Both the position numbers and the translations under genes were made by a program. This document shows, piece after piece, positions 1 through 12,668 of a stretch of 64,000 nucleotides of DNA (position 1 is the stretch's first letter; every line of letters begins with the position of its first letter). Source of the stretch: Octopus vulgaris (taxonomy: Eukaryota); contig OX597822.1 of assembly GCA_951406725.2 (NCBI GenBank), positions 101,308,001-101,372,000 on the forward strand, written 5' to 3'. The notes beneath the pieces are model-generated. The model had not been told where the DNA came from, did not search any database, and saw only the letters and a list, made by a program, of their open reading frames with translations.

Positions 1-45
<45 letters not shown>

Positions 46-123
46 GTATATATATATATATGTATATATATATATGTATATATATATATGTATATATATA
101 TACATATATATATACATATATAT

Positions 124-1160
124 GGCCCGAAACCGTCGAGAAGCTTAACGAATTTCACACTCTTATAAATGGGCTCAACACAAACATTATTTTCACAATG
201 GAATACAGCCCTCAACAAATTCCCTTCCTCGACATCCTCATTAAAATTCACAACAAAAAAATAGAAACAGACATATACTACAAGCCCACAGACTCCAAGC
301 AATACCTCCCTTTCAATTCATGCCACCCTAGACACGTTAAAATTAACATTCCCTACAACTTAGCCAAGAGAATTTGCACTATAGTCTCCAATAAAAACAC
401 CCGTCTCTTACGTCTACAAGAACTCAAGGGCACATTAACAAGCAGGGATTACCCCACGTCACTAATTGACAATGGGATCCAACGCGCCCTAAAACTCAGC
501 ACGCAGGAACTTAGACGCCCTAAACCTGTTACATCGAAACCCCATACTCTACCATACATCTCTACACACAACCCCCTCAACAATGAAGCTTTTGACACCA
601 TCCTCCAGAACATTCCTGTATTACAAAAGGACCATAGAATGAACCAAATCCTCCTAACACACGAAATCATAAAGAGCAAAAGGCAACCCAAATCATTGAA
701 AACCATCCTAACAAATGCCAAAGTACAGCCAACCACAACAACTAAACCCACAGTAAACAAATGCAATAGACCCAACTGTGGTATATGCATCAACCTAATA
801 GAAGGTCCGGAATTCCTTTTTAAACAAGGACAACGTTTCACAGTAAAACACAACTTCACATGCGCATCAGAAAACCTAGTATATGTCTTAACTTGCTCGG
901 GATGTAATGAACACTACATAGGCCAAACAAAAAATAGCCTCCGCCAACGCATGACTGTCCACAGATCCCAAATAAAAATACAGGAATATAGAAAAATAGC
1001 ATTTAGTGCACATATTGATACCTGTGCCGCACAACTCCATCCCAATTTTAGAATCTTTCCCCTCTACAAATTTAAAGACAATGCCACTCATACCCAGCGA
1101 ATAACCATGGAATCCCACCTTATTAATAAATACAGACCACTTCTAAACACATGCCCCTAA
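124..1160 (+). CDS. Penelope-like element ORF, 5'-truncated: C-terminal RT (palm end/thumb), Cys-rich linker and GIY-YIG endonuclease
   Basis: Uninterrupted frame with PLE RT motifs ([27 protein letters not shown]), linker CNRPNCGIC and GIY-YIG motif [19 protein letters not shown]...LRQRMTVH...E...LN. The listed ORF start (60-123) is only (TA)n. Confidence 0.9.
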
Positions 1161-1639
1161 CACGAACCCACAACAAACACACTTACACCTGCACACACCC
1201 TACACACACCTTTACCCAGATATTAACACCATGACACACACAAATATATGGTTCCACACATACACATAATTGAATACGGGTGCAAAACATCCAACACTAT
1301 TTTTTGGAAATGGCTGTAAATATTGACTTCACACAAATACGTTGCTTCCCGATACAGGCACAAGGCCAGCAGAACTATAAATATTGAAAATTGTACCCAC
1401 ACACACACACATATATACACGCGCGCGCGCCCCAACATACATATAAACACACACACGCGCGCGCGCGCACACACATACATACATACAGCTCTCCCTGTTC
1501 TAAACGAACTTACTTATCCAGTCAAGCGGAAAATACACTCCCTAACTACGCGCTAAAAAGCTATTTAAAATATCCACATGACGTCTACTGACCAGCCTGA
1601 ACAATAAGAATTTTCAACAACACTATTTTCGAAAATTCT

Positions 1640-1853
1640 AAACATTCACGTGACCTCTTTATTATGGCCAATAAGAAATTTTAGGCGGGACACTAGCCAA
1701 ATTTTAACTTCTCTGGAGCCTTTTTTCTTACCCCAACACCAACTTCCATTCAAACATTCACGTGACCCCTTCATAATGACCAATCAAAATTTTAGGCGCG
1801 AAACCAAGCAAATCCAAAACAACTCTGGAGCCTCTTTTTTTCACATATAAGAG
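1640..1853 (+). promoter_or_regulatory. Putative internal promoter of the PLE pseudo-LTR: two copies of (CACGTG, CCAAT, E2F-like) plus TATA
   Basis: CACGTG at 1647 and 1759, CCAAT at 1668 and 1780, TTTAGGCGGGA at about 1680 and TTTAGGCGCGAAA at 1791, TATAA at 1846-1850. Period about 112 bp. Confidence 0.5.
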
Positions 1854-1983
1854 ACAGACTCTAATCTCTCTTTTATATTTTGATAAGCATAACAAATGCG
1901 CAACCGGTAAAAAAGAACTTTCACCTAATTAAATTACTTAAATTACTTCAATTATTTGTCAGCATTTTCTTCATTTCCTTTTT

Positions 1984-2247
1984 TATATATATGTATATAT
2001 ATATGTATATATATGTATATATATATGTATATATATGTATATATATATGTATATATATGTATATATATATATGTATATATATATGTATATATATGTATAT
2101 ATATATATGTATATATATATATGTAAATATATGCACATATATATATATGTATGTATATATATGTGTATATATATATATATGTACATATATTTATATATAT
2201 ATGTATATATATATGTATATATATTTATATATATATGTATATATATT

Positions 2248-2278
<31 letters not shown>

Positions 2279-2291
2279 TTATATATATATG

Positions 2292-2322
<31 letters not shown>

Positions 2323-2339
2323 ATATATATATATGTATG

Positions 2340-2379
<40 letters not shown>

Positions 2380-2471
2380 TATATGTATATATATATGTAT
2401 GTATGTATGTATATATATATATATGTATGTATATATATATGTATGTATGTATATATATATATGTATGTATG

Positions 2472-2504
<33 letters not shown>

Positions 2505-2601
2505 GTATATATATGTATGTATGTATGTATATATATATATATGTATATATATATGTATGTATATATATATATATATGTATGTATATATATATATGTATAT
2601 A

Positions 2602-2649
<48 letters not shown>

Positions 2650-2670
2650 ATATATATATGTGTGAGTGTG
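1984..2670. repeat. Long (TA)n/(TATG)n microsatellite
   Basis: Directly visible. Source of many spurious YI-repeat ORFs. Confidence 0.97.
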
Positions 2671-2995
2671 TATTCATGCATACACTCACACACATACATA
2701 CACTATCTCAGCAAAGGCTTCATAATATATTTAAAAAGAGGCATCTGTTACATTCTTTTATTTGTTTCAAACCCAACAGTTCACATTTGTTTGTCACAAA
2801 CTTGATTTATAACTTAGAGCACAGCAAAGCATCTTCGATACTTTGTTTAAAAAAAAATGTCCTCCACAGAAAACAAAGAACGTTTTCTTTCATTATTTAT
2901 GTTTTATCTAGTTAACCTTTTTCAGCATTTCACTACAATACACGTTTCATGTGGTGATGAAGAATGTTTGTCGAAGGCATTGCTATTGTGATGTA

Positions 2996-3380
2996 GGAGG
3001 CGCAATGGCCCAGTGGTTAGGGCAGCGGACTCGCGGTCATAGGATCGCGGTTTCGATTCCCAGACCGGGCGTTGTGAGTGTTTATTGAGCGAAAACACCT
3101 AAAAAAGCTCCACGAGGCTCCGGCAGGGGATGGTGATGTTCCCTGCTGTACTCTTTCACCACAACTTTCTCTCACTCTTACTTCCTGTTTCTGTTGTACC
3201 TGTATTTCAAGGGGCCGGCTTTGCCACTCTCTGTGTCACGCTGAATATCCCCGAGAACTACGTTAAGGGTGCACGTGTCTGTGGAGTGCTCAGCCACTTA
3301 CACGCTAATTTCACGAGCAGGCTGTTCCGTTGATTCGGATCAACCGGAACCCTCATCGTCGTAACCGACGGAGTGCTTCC
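2996..3380 (+). mobile_element. tRNA-derived SINE, family A (head GGAGGCGCAATGGCCCAGTGG...GGTTTCGATTCCC)
   Basis: Pol III A-box and B-box-like head. Near-identical copies at 25786 and 39347, and the same head reversed at 37587. Confidence 0.85.
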
Positions 3381-5525
3381 ATTTCCATCCATTGTGATGT
3401 CTTTATTTAGTAGCATCTTGTATGTGTTGTAGTAGGCTTTTTTCCTCAGCTCCAAGTCAATCCCGATTGAATAGATCTATCATTAAAACCTTTCCAGGCG
3501 TGATTAGCGCAGTTTTTATTGAAACATAATAAATGCATACAAAACTCCATTACTTTTACCTCCACTTTCATTTCTCTTACCTTCACTCCCCTTCGCTCAG
3601 GTTCTCTTTCCGACTATTTCCTCCGTGCGTATGAAGCCCACTTTGTCTTCTGCTTCTCATCAAATGCAGTCGGTTTCTCAAAATGGATATAAAACTCCGC
3701 TATCTTTCTTTCATTTCCCTCCATCACATACCCCGAGAGGAAGGACTTCGTCCGAAATTGTGGGTATTACACACCCCAGAGATATTTAACTAGTCTTTCT
3801 GTCGCTTGAAATAGACAGACAGATAGACAAAGACACACACACACACACACCACACATATCATTTACATGTATATTTTTGTATATGTATGTATATATTAAT
3901 CAACAGCCAATTTCTCAAAAATAAAGAATGTACATTTTTTTTTGCTGTTTTTCTTTTGTTTCTCATCCGTCAACTTATCCTGAAGAACGTTTCTGTGCGA
4001 AACGTCGCGCTTTCCACTCTTTTTCACTGTACTCTTTCTGTCGGTTTTTCCAACTATATTATCAAATTTGTTGTTACATTAAAAAGAAAACAACCTAAGG
4101 GTTATTTGACTGTCATATTCTTGTTTTACTTGAGTTAACCATCCGATTCATGTCACAGCGGTAGTGGCTGTGGCTATGCTGGCAATTTTGTTGTTTGTGA
4201 TGATGATGATAATTGCATTTATAATGTTGCTTTGTGAGAGTTTGTTGTGGTCGTATGGAAATGAGGAGGTAGTTACGTTTGGAAAGCGGCTAGGATTTGA
4301 GCTACTTCAGGGAGCAACGAACTTACACGTTGCAAGTTCTGGGGTCAGGTGACTCTTGTTGGCAGAACTCAGTAAGAACTCGTCATCAAAGTCACATACT
4401 AAGCTTTTGGTAGTAGGTACGTAAATGTGGCAATAATTATTAACGATAGACTTAAATTCATCTGTGCCATAAAAGATTGCAGGTCACCTAGCAATGGCTC
4501 TGATGAAAGTGAGGTTCCGTTTATATAAGTTCTATTGGCTACCGCTAGCTTGTTGAATAATTGTGCCAATCCTCCTTGTTATGTTCCAAAATACATGCTT
4601 TCATATCCGTAAATGCAGGAGCTCAAGCGTCAAACAGGGGCTGTAGAAAGATATTGAATTGCTTGTTAACATAGCGGTAAGATATTGGAGAAGAAGGCTC
4701 AGTAAGCGTAAAGAGTTTAGGACCTCGCGTATTGGTCCCTGCCCTTTGTGTGAGGGCGAGAAAAAGAGGAAATGAGGAGTTGTCTTTTGGTAAGTGGGTA
4801 AAAGTTGGTAAAAGCTGGAATTTAATGAACGAAGACAGATGTGAGAGGGTAAGAAGTTAGAGGTATGAGGTGAACAAAGGCTTCTAATCTTCCCCTCGGT
4901 TTTTCTCTCAATTCTTCTCGTTCATATATCATTTCCATTGCCATTCCATCTGTTCAGTTCTTTCTTGTCAATTCACAGACGATAACACCGGCATTTTGTC
5001 TGTTCCTCTCGTCGAAACGAAAAGCAAGGTTCGAATTGTTAGATACGGAACGACCCAAAGACTTATCGAACACCTCCATCGAAGTCTCCTACTGAATAAT
5101 TATTGCTGATCACTAGTTTCCTCGGGTTTAGATTTTATTTTATAATTATGTTACTTAGCTTGTGTTGCTACTCTCCTTCAACCTACTATTTTTGTTTGAC
5201 GAACTTGTAAAATCAACCATGAACATTGTCACTCATAGTACCATTTCCAGAGCTTCCATCCTCATCACACAAGAAAACGGTGCGTTAGAATATACTTGAG
5301 AATTTATTTCGTGGTATGCGAGTCTATTGCGATTCTCAAACTGAACTGCTCATATTTTCACCACATATTCAACATCACCTTCAGAAGCTAGAAGAAATCC
5401 AGCGTATATTGTAAGTAGTTACAAGGAATTGGACGATATGCATTAGCGATTTCCAACAATATGATATCATGAGTCTTGTATCCCCACTCATCTGTACATG
5501 CACACACACATACATACACACAACT

Positions 5526-5568
<43 letters not shown>

Positions 5569-5644
5569 TATACACTTCCATACATGCATATTTAGATATG
5601 TGTATGTGTGCGTATACATACGTACTTATAAACATATATACATG

Positions 5645-5685
<41 letters not shown>

Positions 5686-5696
5686 GTGTGTGTGTT

Positions 5697-5728
<32 letters not shown>

Positions 5729-6679
5729 TTTTAGAGTTGCAGAGAGTAATTGCGTCTAATTTCTTTATTTCATTGATCCTATCAGTACAACTGATAATGA
5801 ATTTACTATCAGTTCTTGGGTTTTTATTGACAAAACAACTACCAGCTCAAGAACGGCAAACTTTTCTATATATAGTTTCAAAAACATTGAACCAAAAATA
5901 AATCACTTTCGCAAATCTCCATGATTAAGATTCCTGGGTAAGTCTTAGAGGCACAACTCTTAGAAAATTTTATGAACGACAAACATTATATCTCTTATAT
6001 CTATGTAATCGATGCAAATCATTACAAGCTTTTCCGTGTGATTGCAAAATCTTATTTATTACAAGTTGTTCAAATTAACAATGCCTTCCTTGAAACTGGT
6101 TGCACATTTGTGAGTACATTGCTGATTTCCCACAGGAGTTAAATAAATATTTTCAGACTGTTTGTACATTGGATTGTGACATATGATAGCAAATCTTAAC
6201 TGTAATAATGTCTTTGTTTAATTTCGTTTATGCAAATAACAGTCTGTTGAATTTACCAACAGCTTAATTCAAAGCTTTCTATAAATAAATTAACCAGGTG
6301 CTACTGGACAACTTAAACAATCTTTAATCAAGAAGATAATTGTTCAATATGTTTCACATCGGCCATTTTACATTTTATATAATTTAAACAACTCTTCATA
6401 ACCAAACTCGTTTTAATCATCCCAGTAATTTTCCAGAATGTTTTTATTCACTCTCAAAGGACCTCCTCAAACACTCTTGATCAGATTACATTTGAATATT
6501 ACCGGTTTTAATGAGATCTTCACTTAAACATCCAACATTCTCTGAGGGTTTCCATGGTCTATTGAGATTACACTTTCAATAACGTAAAATTGTAAATTTC
6601 ATCTCTGCCAAATAAAATATAGGTTTCAAATTTTGGCACAACGACAGCAAGTTCCGTGCATGGTTTAAGCTGATAACAT

Positions 6680-6835
6680 CAACTCGAGTCCACAACTGGT
6701 ACTTATTTTCTAGACTCCCAAGTGATGAAAGGCAAAGTCAATCTCGGTGGAATTTGAACTCAGAACGTAAAGACGGACAAAATGTCGTTAAGTATTTCGA
6801 CTTGTGTGCTTAACAGTTCTAGCATCTCGCCGCTT
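6680..6835 (-). mobile_element. SINE family B (GGCGGCGAGCTGGCAG...GAGTTCAAATTCC), degenerate
   Basis: Similar to the copies at 14595, 27865 and 33924. Confidence 0.7.
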
Positions 6836-7074
6836 TTCTGTTGAATATAATTGTAATATCTATATTAATAAAAACGAAATTCTGTCTGATACCTCTGCAT
6901 CTCAGTCAACATTTGCTCTACATAGACATATCATAGCTTTTTGGAATCTAGGTTGATCCCAGGATTTAAAAATTGCTCTTCATTTGGTTCTTAAATATCC
7001 AGCATTGGGATCTGATTTAAATGCATTTGGTTTGTAATGTATAGCAGGTAAAGATGAAGTAATAGGCTTAAATC

Positions 7075-7275
7075 CTATTCTTGGGTCGATTTCTTCGAGT
7101 AAGACACTTTAAGGACTAAAACTCCCGGCATGCCAGATGATGTGCGCTACCAAGAAAAACCTAAACACCAAGAAACCTCCGTAATTTCTCTTGAAAGTCA
7201 TTCTGCTCGTATCATCTACACACAAACATATACGCACACATACACATATACATACATGCATATACATATATATGT

Positions 7276-7340
<65 letters not shown>

Positions 7341-7515
7341 TATACATATACGACGGGCTTCTTTCCGTTACCGTCTAACATATCCACTCACGAAGCTTTT
7401 GTCGGCCCGAGGCTATAGTAGAGGATACTTGCCCAAGGTACCACACACAGTGGGACTGAACCCGGAACCATGTGGCTAGTTAGCAAGTTACTTACCACAC
7501 AGACACTCCTGTGCC
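7075..7515 (-). mobile_element. SINE family C (GGCGCAGGAGTGGCTGTGTGGTAAG...GGTTCAGTCCC), internal (TA)n
   Basis: Reverse complement of the family C head at 7440-7515, as at 17195 and 38563. Confidence 0.75.
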
Positions 7516-7761
7516 TATATGTTAATTCCCACCAAATATGTTGGGAGCCACTATCCCTTCCTTGTTTTCTTGCACACACACAAACAAACACACATATACA
7601 CACATATAGATATATATGTATCAGTATGCGTGTGTATGTATATTTCATATATGTATATTTATATACACATATATATGCATGTACATATCTATATCTATAT
7701 CTATATCTATATCTATCTATCTATCTATAATTGTGTATAAATATATATATGTATATATGTG

Positions 7762-7840
<79 letters not shown>

Positions 7841-8837
7841 ATATATGTACATATATATTTAAAGGACAGTTTCAGAAAAGAAGACTTGAAGTGACACTAG
7901 CGCTTAACACCAAAGGAAAACGTCTACGGTAGTTGCTCCCAAACAGCTGAGCTACTTTCGACTATTGTTATCAACAACTGAAGGGTGTCACTCGTGTTCA
8001 TCCTGGCGAAACAGGAAGCAGCTTAGAACCACTTATAAAAAAAGACTTATGAGTAATGTTGATTGACGCATCTAGATGCATGTATACCTAGGCATACATA
8101 CTTAATGACGTGTCATTACATATACATATAATTGTATGCGCGTATGTGTGTGTAGAATTTACATACATGCATTTTTTTCACAACTAAGTTAGTAGACTTT
8201 CTGTTACTCAAACTATCATTTTTTGCCTCTATTAAAAACTTTTAAGTTTTCCTTCACCAAACCTCATGATATTGTTTCTAATAAATCTTGATTTTTATGA
8301 CTATACCAACTATGATGTCTCTCTGCACCCAGAGCCCTAGCCCTAACAGATACTACCCTCTGTTCTCTCAGCCTTATATATACATGGGATTTGATAAACT
8401 AGTCTATAAATTAAAACTGACTCCATAAAAACAAAAAGTCAGTGACAGGCGGAGTCTATAACAATTTATATCTTGAACATTCAGTAACATCTAAACTGGA
8501 GTGAGGCAGCATGTTCTTTGTCTATCTCCTTAATTTCTTGGAGATTTTTGGTACAATTATACTAATGTGCCCATCTGTTCTAATTTAATTAAATTCTATG
8601 TTTTTGTGCAGTTGGAGATTGCTCTGCATTTTAAATTGATGTAATGATTGCATTGTTCAATTAAATGGAGTTGCATGAAAAGATCGTACTGCATTACCTC
8701 TGATGGATATCCTTGTTGCTTATTTTGATTTTAATCACCTTACTTTGAAATTGTATGGATAATGCCGTACTAAATTCTGGTGCCTCAACTTAAGTACCAT
8801 ATTCATCTGCATCTAAATTTTTGCTGAAACCCTGAGT

Positions 8838-8905
<68 letters not shown>

Positions 8906-9244
8906 AATAATAAATATTAGGGAATGAATCCAAATTTAAAGGGAAAAATCAGATTTAGGGTTAAATCCAATTTTATAGTAAAATATTATATAATATAATT
9001 CGAGACAAAACCACTATTTTAAAATCAAACAAGGAAAGACTTAATCAATACATAAAATTTTAATATAAATTAAATAAACCGCCACTACAATTGTTTCATA
9101 TATATATATATATTCATATATAATACGTGTATATATGTGTGCTTGCGTGAGTGCATATATATATGTTGATTCGCCATGTTGATTCGCTAGCTTCTGCACG
9201 CATTTTTTCTTTCCTTGTTTCTCTCCGTGTTTCTTTTCTGTGTA

Positions 9245-9282
9245 TCTTTCTGTTGAAGAGCGTAGGCTCGAAACGTAAAAGA
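9245..9282 (+). ncRNA. Minimal type I hammerhead-like motif with variant core CUGUUGA (second copy at 11467-11504)
   Basis: UCUUU-CUGUUGA-A-GAGC(GUAG)GCUC-GAAAC-GUA-AAAGA: stems I and II pair, palindromic ACGU stem III. Confidence 0.6.
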
Positions 9283-9411
9283 CTTGTTTTATTTATATTC
9301 CTGAGCGCCATACTAATGCAATTGTTTGTTTGTATTCCACCTGCCTTCGTCTTTTGTTTATTTTCATAAAGCTTTCCGTTATATATATATATATATATAT
9401 ATATATACTAA

Positions 9412-9736
9412 AAAGGGTAAAGACACCCTTCGATCATGAAGGACAATGGGATTGCTGCAGCTAGAGAGATCCCCTCCGGGGCAAGTTTGTTTTTGCGGAA
9501 GGCCAGCGATCACCCATGCATATCAAACTTCCCTCCTCACGGGACCGATGTTACCCCCGGGAAGGGACAAAGGCCGATACAGCTTGGCACCAGTGGTGCC
9601 GCAGCTAATTTCCACAGCTGAATGAACTGCAACCAATGTGAAATAAAGTGTTTTGCTCAAGAACACGACACACAGCCCGACTCGGCAATCGAACTCAGTT
9701 ACCTCACGAGGTAACCACTGTGCCATGCGTCCTCAC

Positions 9737-9737
<1 letters not shown>
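9412..9737 (-). mobile_element. tRNA-derived SINE (A-related subfamily); duplicate at 11627-11952, relative at 22234-22505 (+)
   Basis: Shares the TTGAGCAA..CACTTTATTTCAC body and the CATGA.CGAAGGG.GTCTTTACCCTTT tail with the 22234 copy. Confidence 0.75.
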
Positions 9738-9774
<37 letters not shown>

Positions 9775-10045
9775 CAATAATAATAAAGGGTAAAATTAAT
9801 TAATAATTCCACCAAGTAGTATTCGGCATGTTAAAAGGACCATTTTCGGTAAACTTAAACAATATTTTTTTATAATTAGGAGTATAATTATAATTAGGGT
9901 TCAGCAAAAGATTTGCTTCACCACATACCGAACTTATAGTAGAAGAAAAAGCTAGGTTTTTTGGCTGCTATTTCTAAAGTTCGGTATGTGGTGAAGCAAA
10001 TTTTTGCTGAACCCTAATTATAATTATACTCATAATTATAAAAAT

Positions 10046-10081
<36 letters not shown>

Positions 10082-10168
10082 TACCGTGTTTCTGACGTGA
10101 AATTGCTACCCAGGTTTCGGTTAAACGAATTTTCCATGCTGACGATAAACATAGGATAATTCATTCAC

Positions 10169-10239
<71 letters not shown>

Positions 10240-10416
10240 AATCAAGGAACGGCCATAATAGGCCATTCACCCACTAGAAATAACAGCCAAAGCTTTAACC
10301 GCAAAATAACTTTAATTCCGTAAACCAGGAGAAAATTAAAAAAACATTTACCCTGTAATTTCTTATACGATGCAAAATTTATATTCTACAAAATTTTTTT
10401 TGCCACCCTATATTGA

Positions 10417-10453
<37 letters not shown>

Positions 10454-11056
10454 TATATATATGCGTGTGCGTGCGTATGTGTACAATGTATAATTATAAG
10501 TGTATATGTACGTGTGTGTTTAAGAGTGGGTGGTGGGTTATGCAAATGCATGATTGTGCTTTTGCTCGTGCCAGGCCAAACCAACACCTCAGAATCAAAT
10601 ATATGATCATCAGACTAAACAACCACATATTTATATCGTTAGAACGACATTATGAAATGTGTTTGTCCTTCCTCGTTTCTATGAATGATGCTTGAATGGT
10701 CGGACAAATACGTTCACATTATAATCACCACCACCCTGTGTCTATTGTAATAGTGATTACTTAATCATCACAGTTCTAGAAAAGAAAATTTAGGTTAATG
10801 AGTCCCCTTGAGATTCTCCATGTCATGGGAAGATTTGAACCGCCGACTACACTCTAACAAACCGATTGCCACTTTTGCTTTTGATGTAACGAGATTTAGC
10901 AGCGCCATGTTATCTGTTTATAAGCTTGTAGGCTGGCCTATTGTTAACTTTATTCGGCGTGCTTTGAAATTGTATGGATAATGCCGTACTAAATTCTGGT
11001 GCCTCAACTTAAGTACCATATTCATCTGCATCTAAATTTTTGCTGAAACCCTGAGT

Positions 11057-11126
<70 letters not shown>

Positions 11127-11951
11127 AATAATAAATATTAGGGAATGAATCCAAATTTAAAGGGAAAAATCAGATTTAGGGTTAAATCCAATTTTATAGT
11201 AAAATATTATATAATATAATTCGAGACAAAACCACTATTTTAAAATCAAACAAGGAAAGACTTAATCAATACATAAAATTTTAATATAAATTAAATAAAC
11301 CGCCACTACAATTGTTTCATATATATATATATATTCATATATAATACGTGTATATATGTGTGCTTGCGTGAGTGCATATATATATGTTGATTCGCCATGT
11401 TGATTCGCTAGCTTCTGCACGCATTTTTTTCTTTCCTTGTTTCTCTCCGTGTTTCTTTTCTGTGTATCTTTCTGTTGAAGAGCGTAGGCTCGAAACGTAA
11501 AAGACTTGTTTTATTTATATTCCTGAGCGCCATACTAATGCAATTGTTTGTTTGTATTCCACCTGCCTTCGTCTTTTGTTTATTTTCATAAAGCTTTCCG
11601 TTATATATATATATATATATATATAAAAAGGGTAAAGACACCCTTCGATCATGAAGGACAATGGGATTGCTGCAGCTAGAGAGATCCCCTCCGGGGCAAG
11701 TTTGTTTTTGCGGAAGGCCAGCGATCACCCATGCATATCAAACTTCCCTCCTCACGGGACCGATGTTACCCCCGGGAAGGGACAAAGGCCGATACAGCTT
11801 GGCACCAGTGGTGCCGCAGCTAATTTCCACAGCTGAATGAACTGCAACCAATGTGAAATAAAGTGTTTTGCTCAAGAACACGACACACAGCCCGACTCGG
11901 CAATCGAACTCAGTTACCTCACGAGGTAACCACTGTGCCATGCGTCCTCAC

Positions 11952-11989
<38 letters not shown>

Positions 11990-12262
11990 CAATAATAATA
12001 AAGGGTAAAATTAATTAATAATTCCACCAAGTAGTATTCGGCATGTTAAAAGGACCATTTTCGGTAAACTTAAACAATATTTTTTTATAATTAGGAGTAT
12101 AATTATAATTAGGGTTCAGCAAAAGATTTGCTTCACCACATACCGAACTTATAGTAGAAGAAAAAGCTAGGTTTTTTGGCTGCTATTTCTAAAGTTCGGT
12201 ATGTGGTGAAGCAAATTTTTTGCTGAACCCTAATTATAATTATACTCATAATTATAAAAAAT

Positions 12263-12300
<38 letters not shown>

Positions 12301-12387
12301 TACCGTGTTTCTGACGTGAAATTGCTACCCAGGTTTCGGTTAAACGAATTTTCCATGCTGACGATAAACATAGGATAATTCATTCAC

Positions 12388-12454
<67 letters not shown>

Positions 12455-12631
12455 AATCAAGGAACGGCCATAATAGGCCATTCACCCACTAGAAATAACA
12501 GCCAAAGCTTTAACCGCAAAATAACTTTAATTCCGTAAACCAGGAGAAAATTAAAAAAACATTTACCCTGTAATTTCTTATACGATGCAAAATTTATATT
12601 CTACAAAATTTTTTTTGCCACCCTATATTGA

Positions 12632-12668
<37 letters not shown>

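Larger units (their letters stand above)
124..1983 (+). mobile_element. Penelope-like retroelement (truncated ORF plus 3' pseudo-LTR) inserted in (TA)n
   Basis: ORF followed by about 800 bp of non-coding DNA with promoter-like motifs and a decayed hammerhead. Flanked on both sides by long TA microsatellite. Confidence 0.8.

Noticed and set aside
1880-2915. Long YI/YM-rich ORFs (also about 43280-43650, 61370-61730 and others)
   Set aside because: Translations of (TA)n/(TG)n microsatellites.
2996-3070. tRNA-like sequence (also at 25786, 39347, 37587 and 27205)
   Set aside because: These are SINE heads. They continue into a shared repeat body and lack a clean acceptor stem and terminator.
5740-6600. 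Possible very old LINE remnants (also about 4380-4830, 8400-8830, 13020-13330, 36540-37020 and 38985-40340)
   Set aside because: Composition is suggestive, but I could not read diagnostic motifs confidently without alignment.
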